Shown here piece by piece: positions 55,844 through 55,976 of a stretch of DNA of 55,976 bases; positions within the stretch are counted from its first letter, which is position 1; each line of letters starts with the position of its first letter. Position numbers and translations under genes: made by a program. This stretch comes from Candidatus Azambacteria bacterium (lineage in GTDB: Bacteria; Patescibacteriota; Minisyncoccia; GWC2-36-17; WO2-46-25). The stretch covers positions 1-55,976 of the forward strand of contig JACRAK010000029.1 in NCBI GenBank assembly GCA_016234725.1, given 5' to 3'. The notes beneath the pieces were generated by a model, which was not told the origin of the DNA, searched no databases, and was given only the letters and a program-made list of their open reading frames with translations.

Positions 55844-55976
55844 TTCAAGACAAGTCAAATTTTCGGAAGAGGTTGCCTCGGGGCTTCGCCCCTCGGCATC
55901 TCCGCGTCCCGCAAGGCGGGACGCGGTAAATCGCCACGGTTCGAAAAAATCCATTCGGACTTTCCGGTTGAGGAGA

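Noticed and set aside
55414-55848. 144-aa minus-strand ORF
   Set aside because: It is antisense to the tRNA-Pro locus and rpmB, with no protein motifs.
1-55976. Alternative genetic code (TGA=Gly, as in Gracilibacteria/Absconditabacteria)
   Set aside because: TGA terminates conserved genes at the expected positions (rplC, rpsH, rpsN) and RF2 is present.

Overview
Chromosomal core region of a Patescibacteria (CPR) bacterium, most likely Parcubacteria. The taxonomy is an inference from the absence of rpmD in the spc cluster, AT-rich leaders without Shine-Dalgarno sequences, a DUF4012-like/sugar transferase/murJ block and code 11. Most genes are on the minus strand: dsbA, an S8 protease, a two-component system, prfB (programmed +1 frameshift)-ftsE-ftsX, lepA, murJ, rnpB, rnhA, recJ, pilT, pgk, tpiA, galT, map/adk/secY and the str-S10-spc ribosomal protein clusters. 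Class III RNR (nrdD/nrdG), an NDH-2-like gene and rpmB are on the plus strand. The most unusual content is non-coding. At least six families of short palindromic elements nest inside each other and inside structural RNAs, and no transposase is visible in the window. One carries an intact tRNA-Pro(GGG) inside the anticodon loop of a second, doubly interrupted tRNA-Pro, and a relative sits inside RNase P RNA. Inverted heptamer-repeat hairpins occupy about ten gene junctions and one in-frame site in lepA. On the protein side, the NrdD glycyl-radical domain is a separate 50-aa ORF, and a CDGSH protein has Cys in place of the His ligand. All calls come from reading the sequence; no database searches were run.
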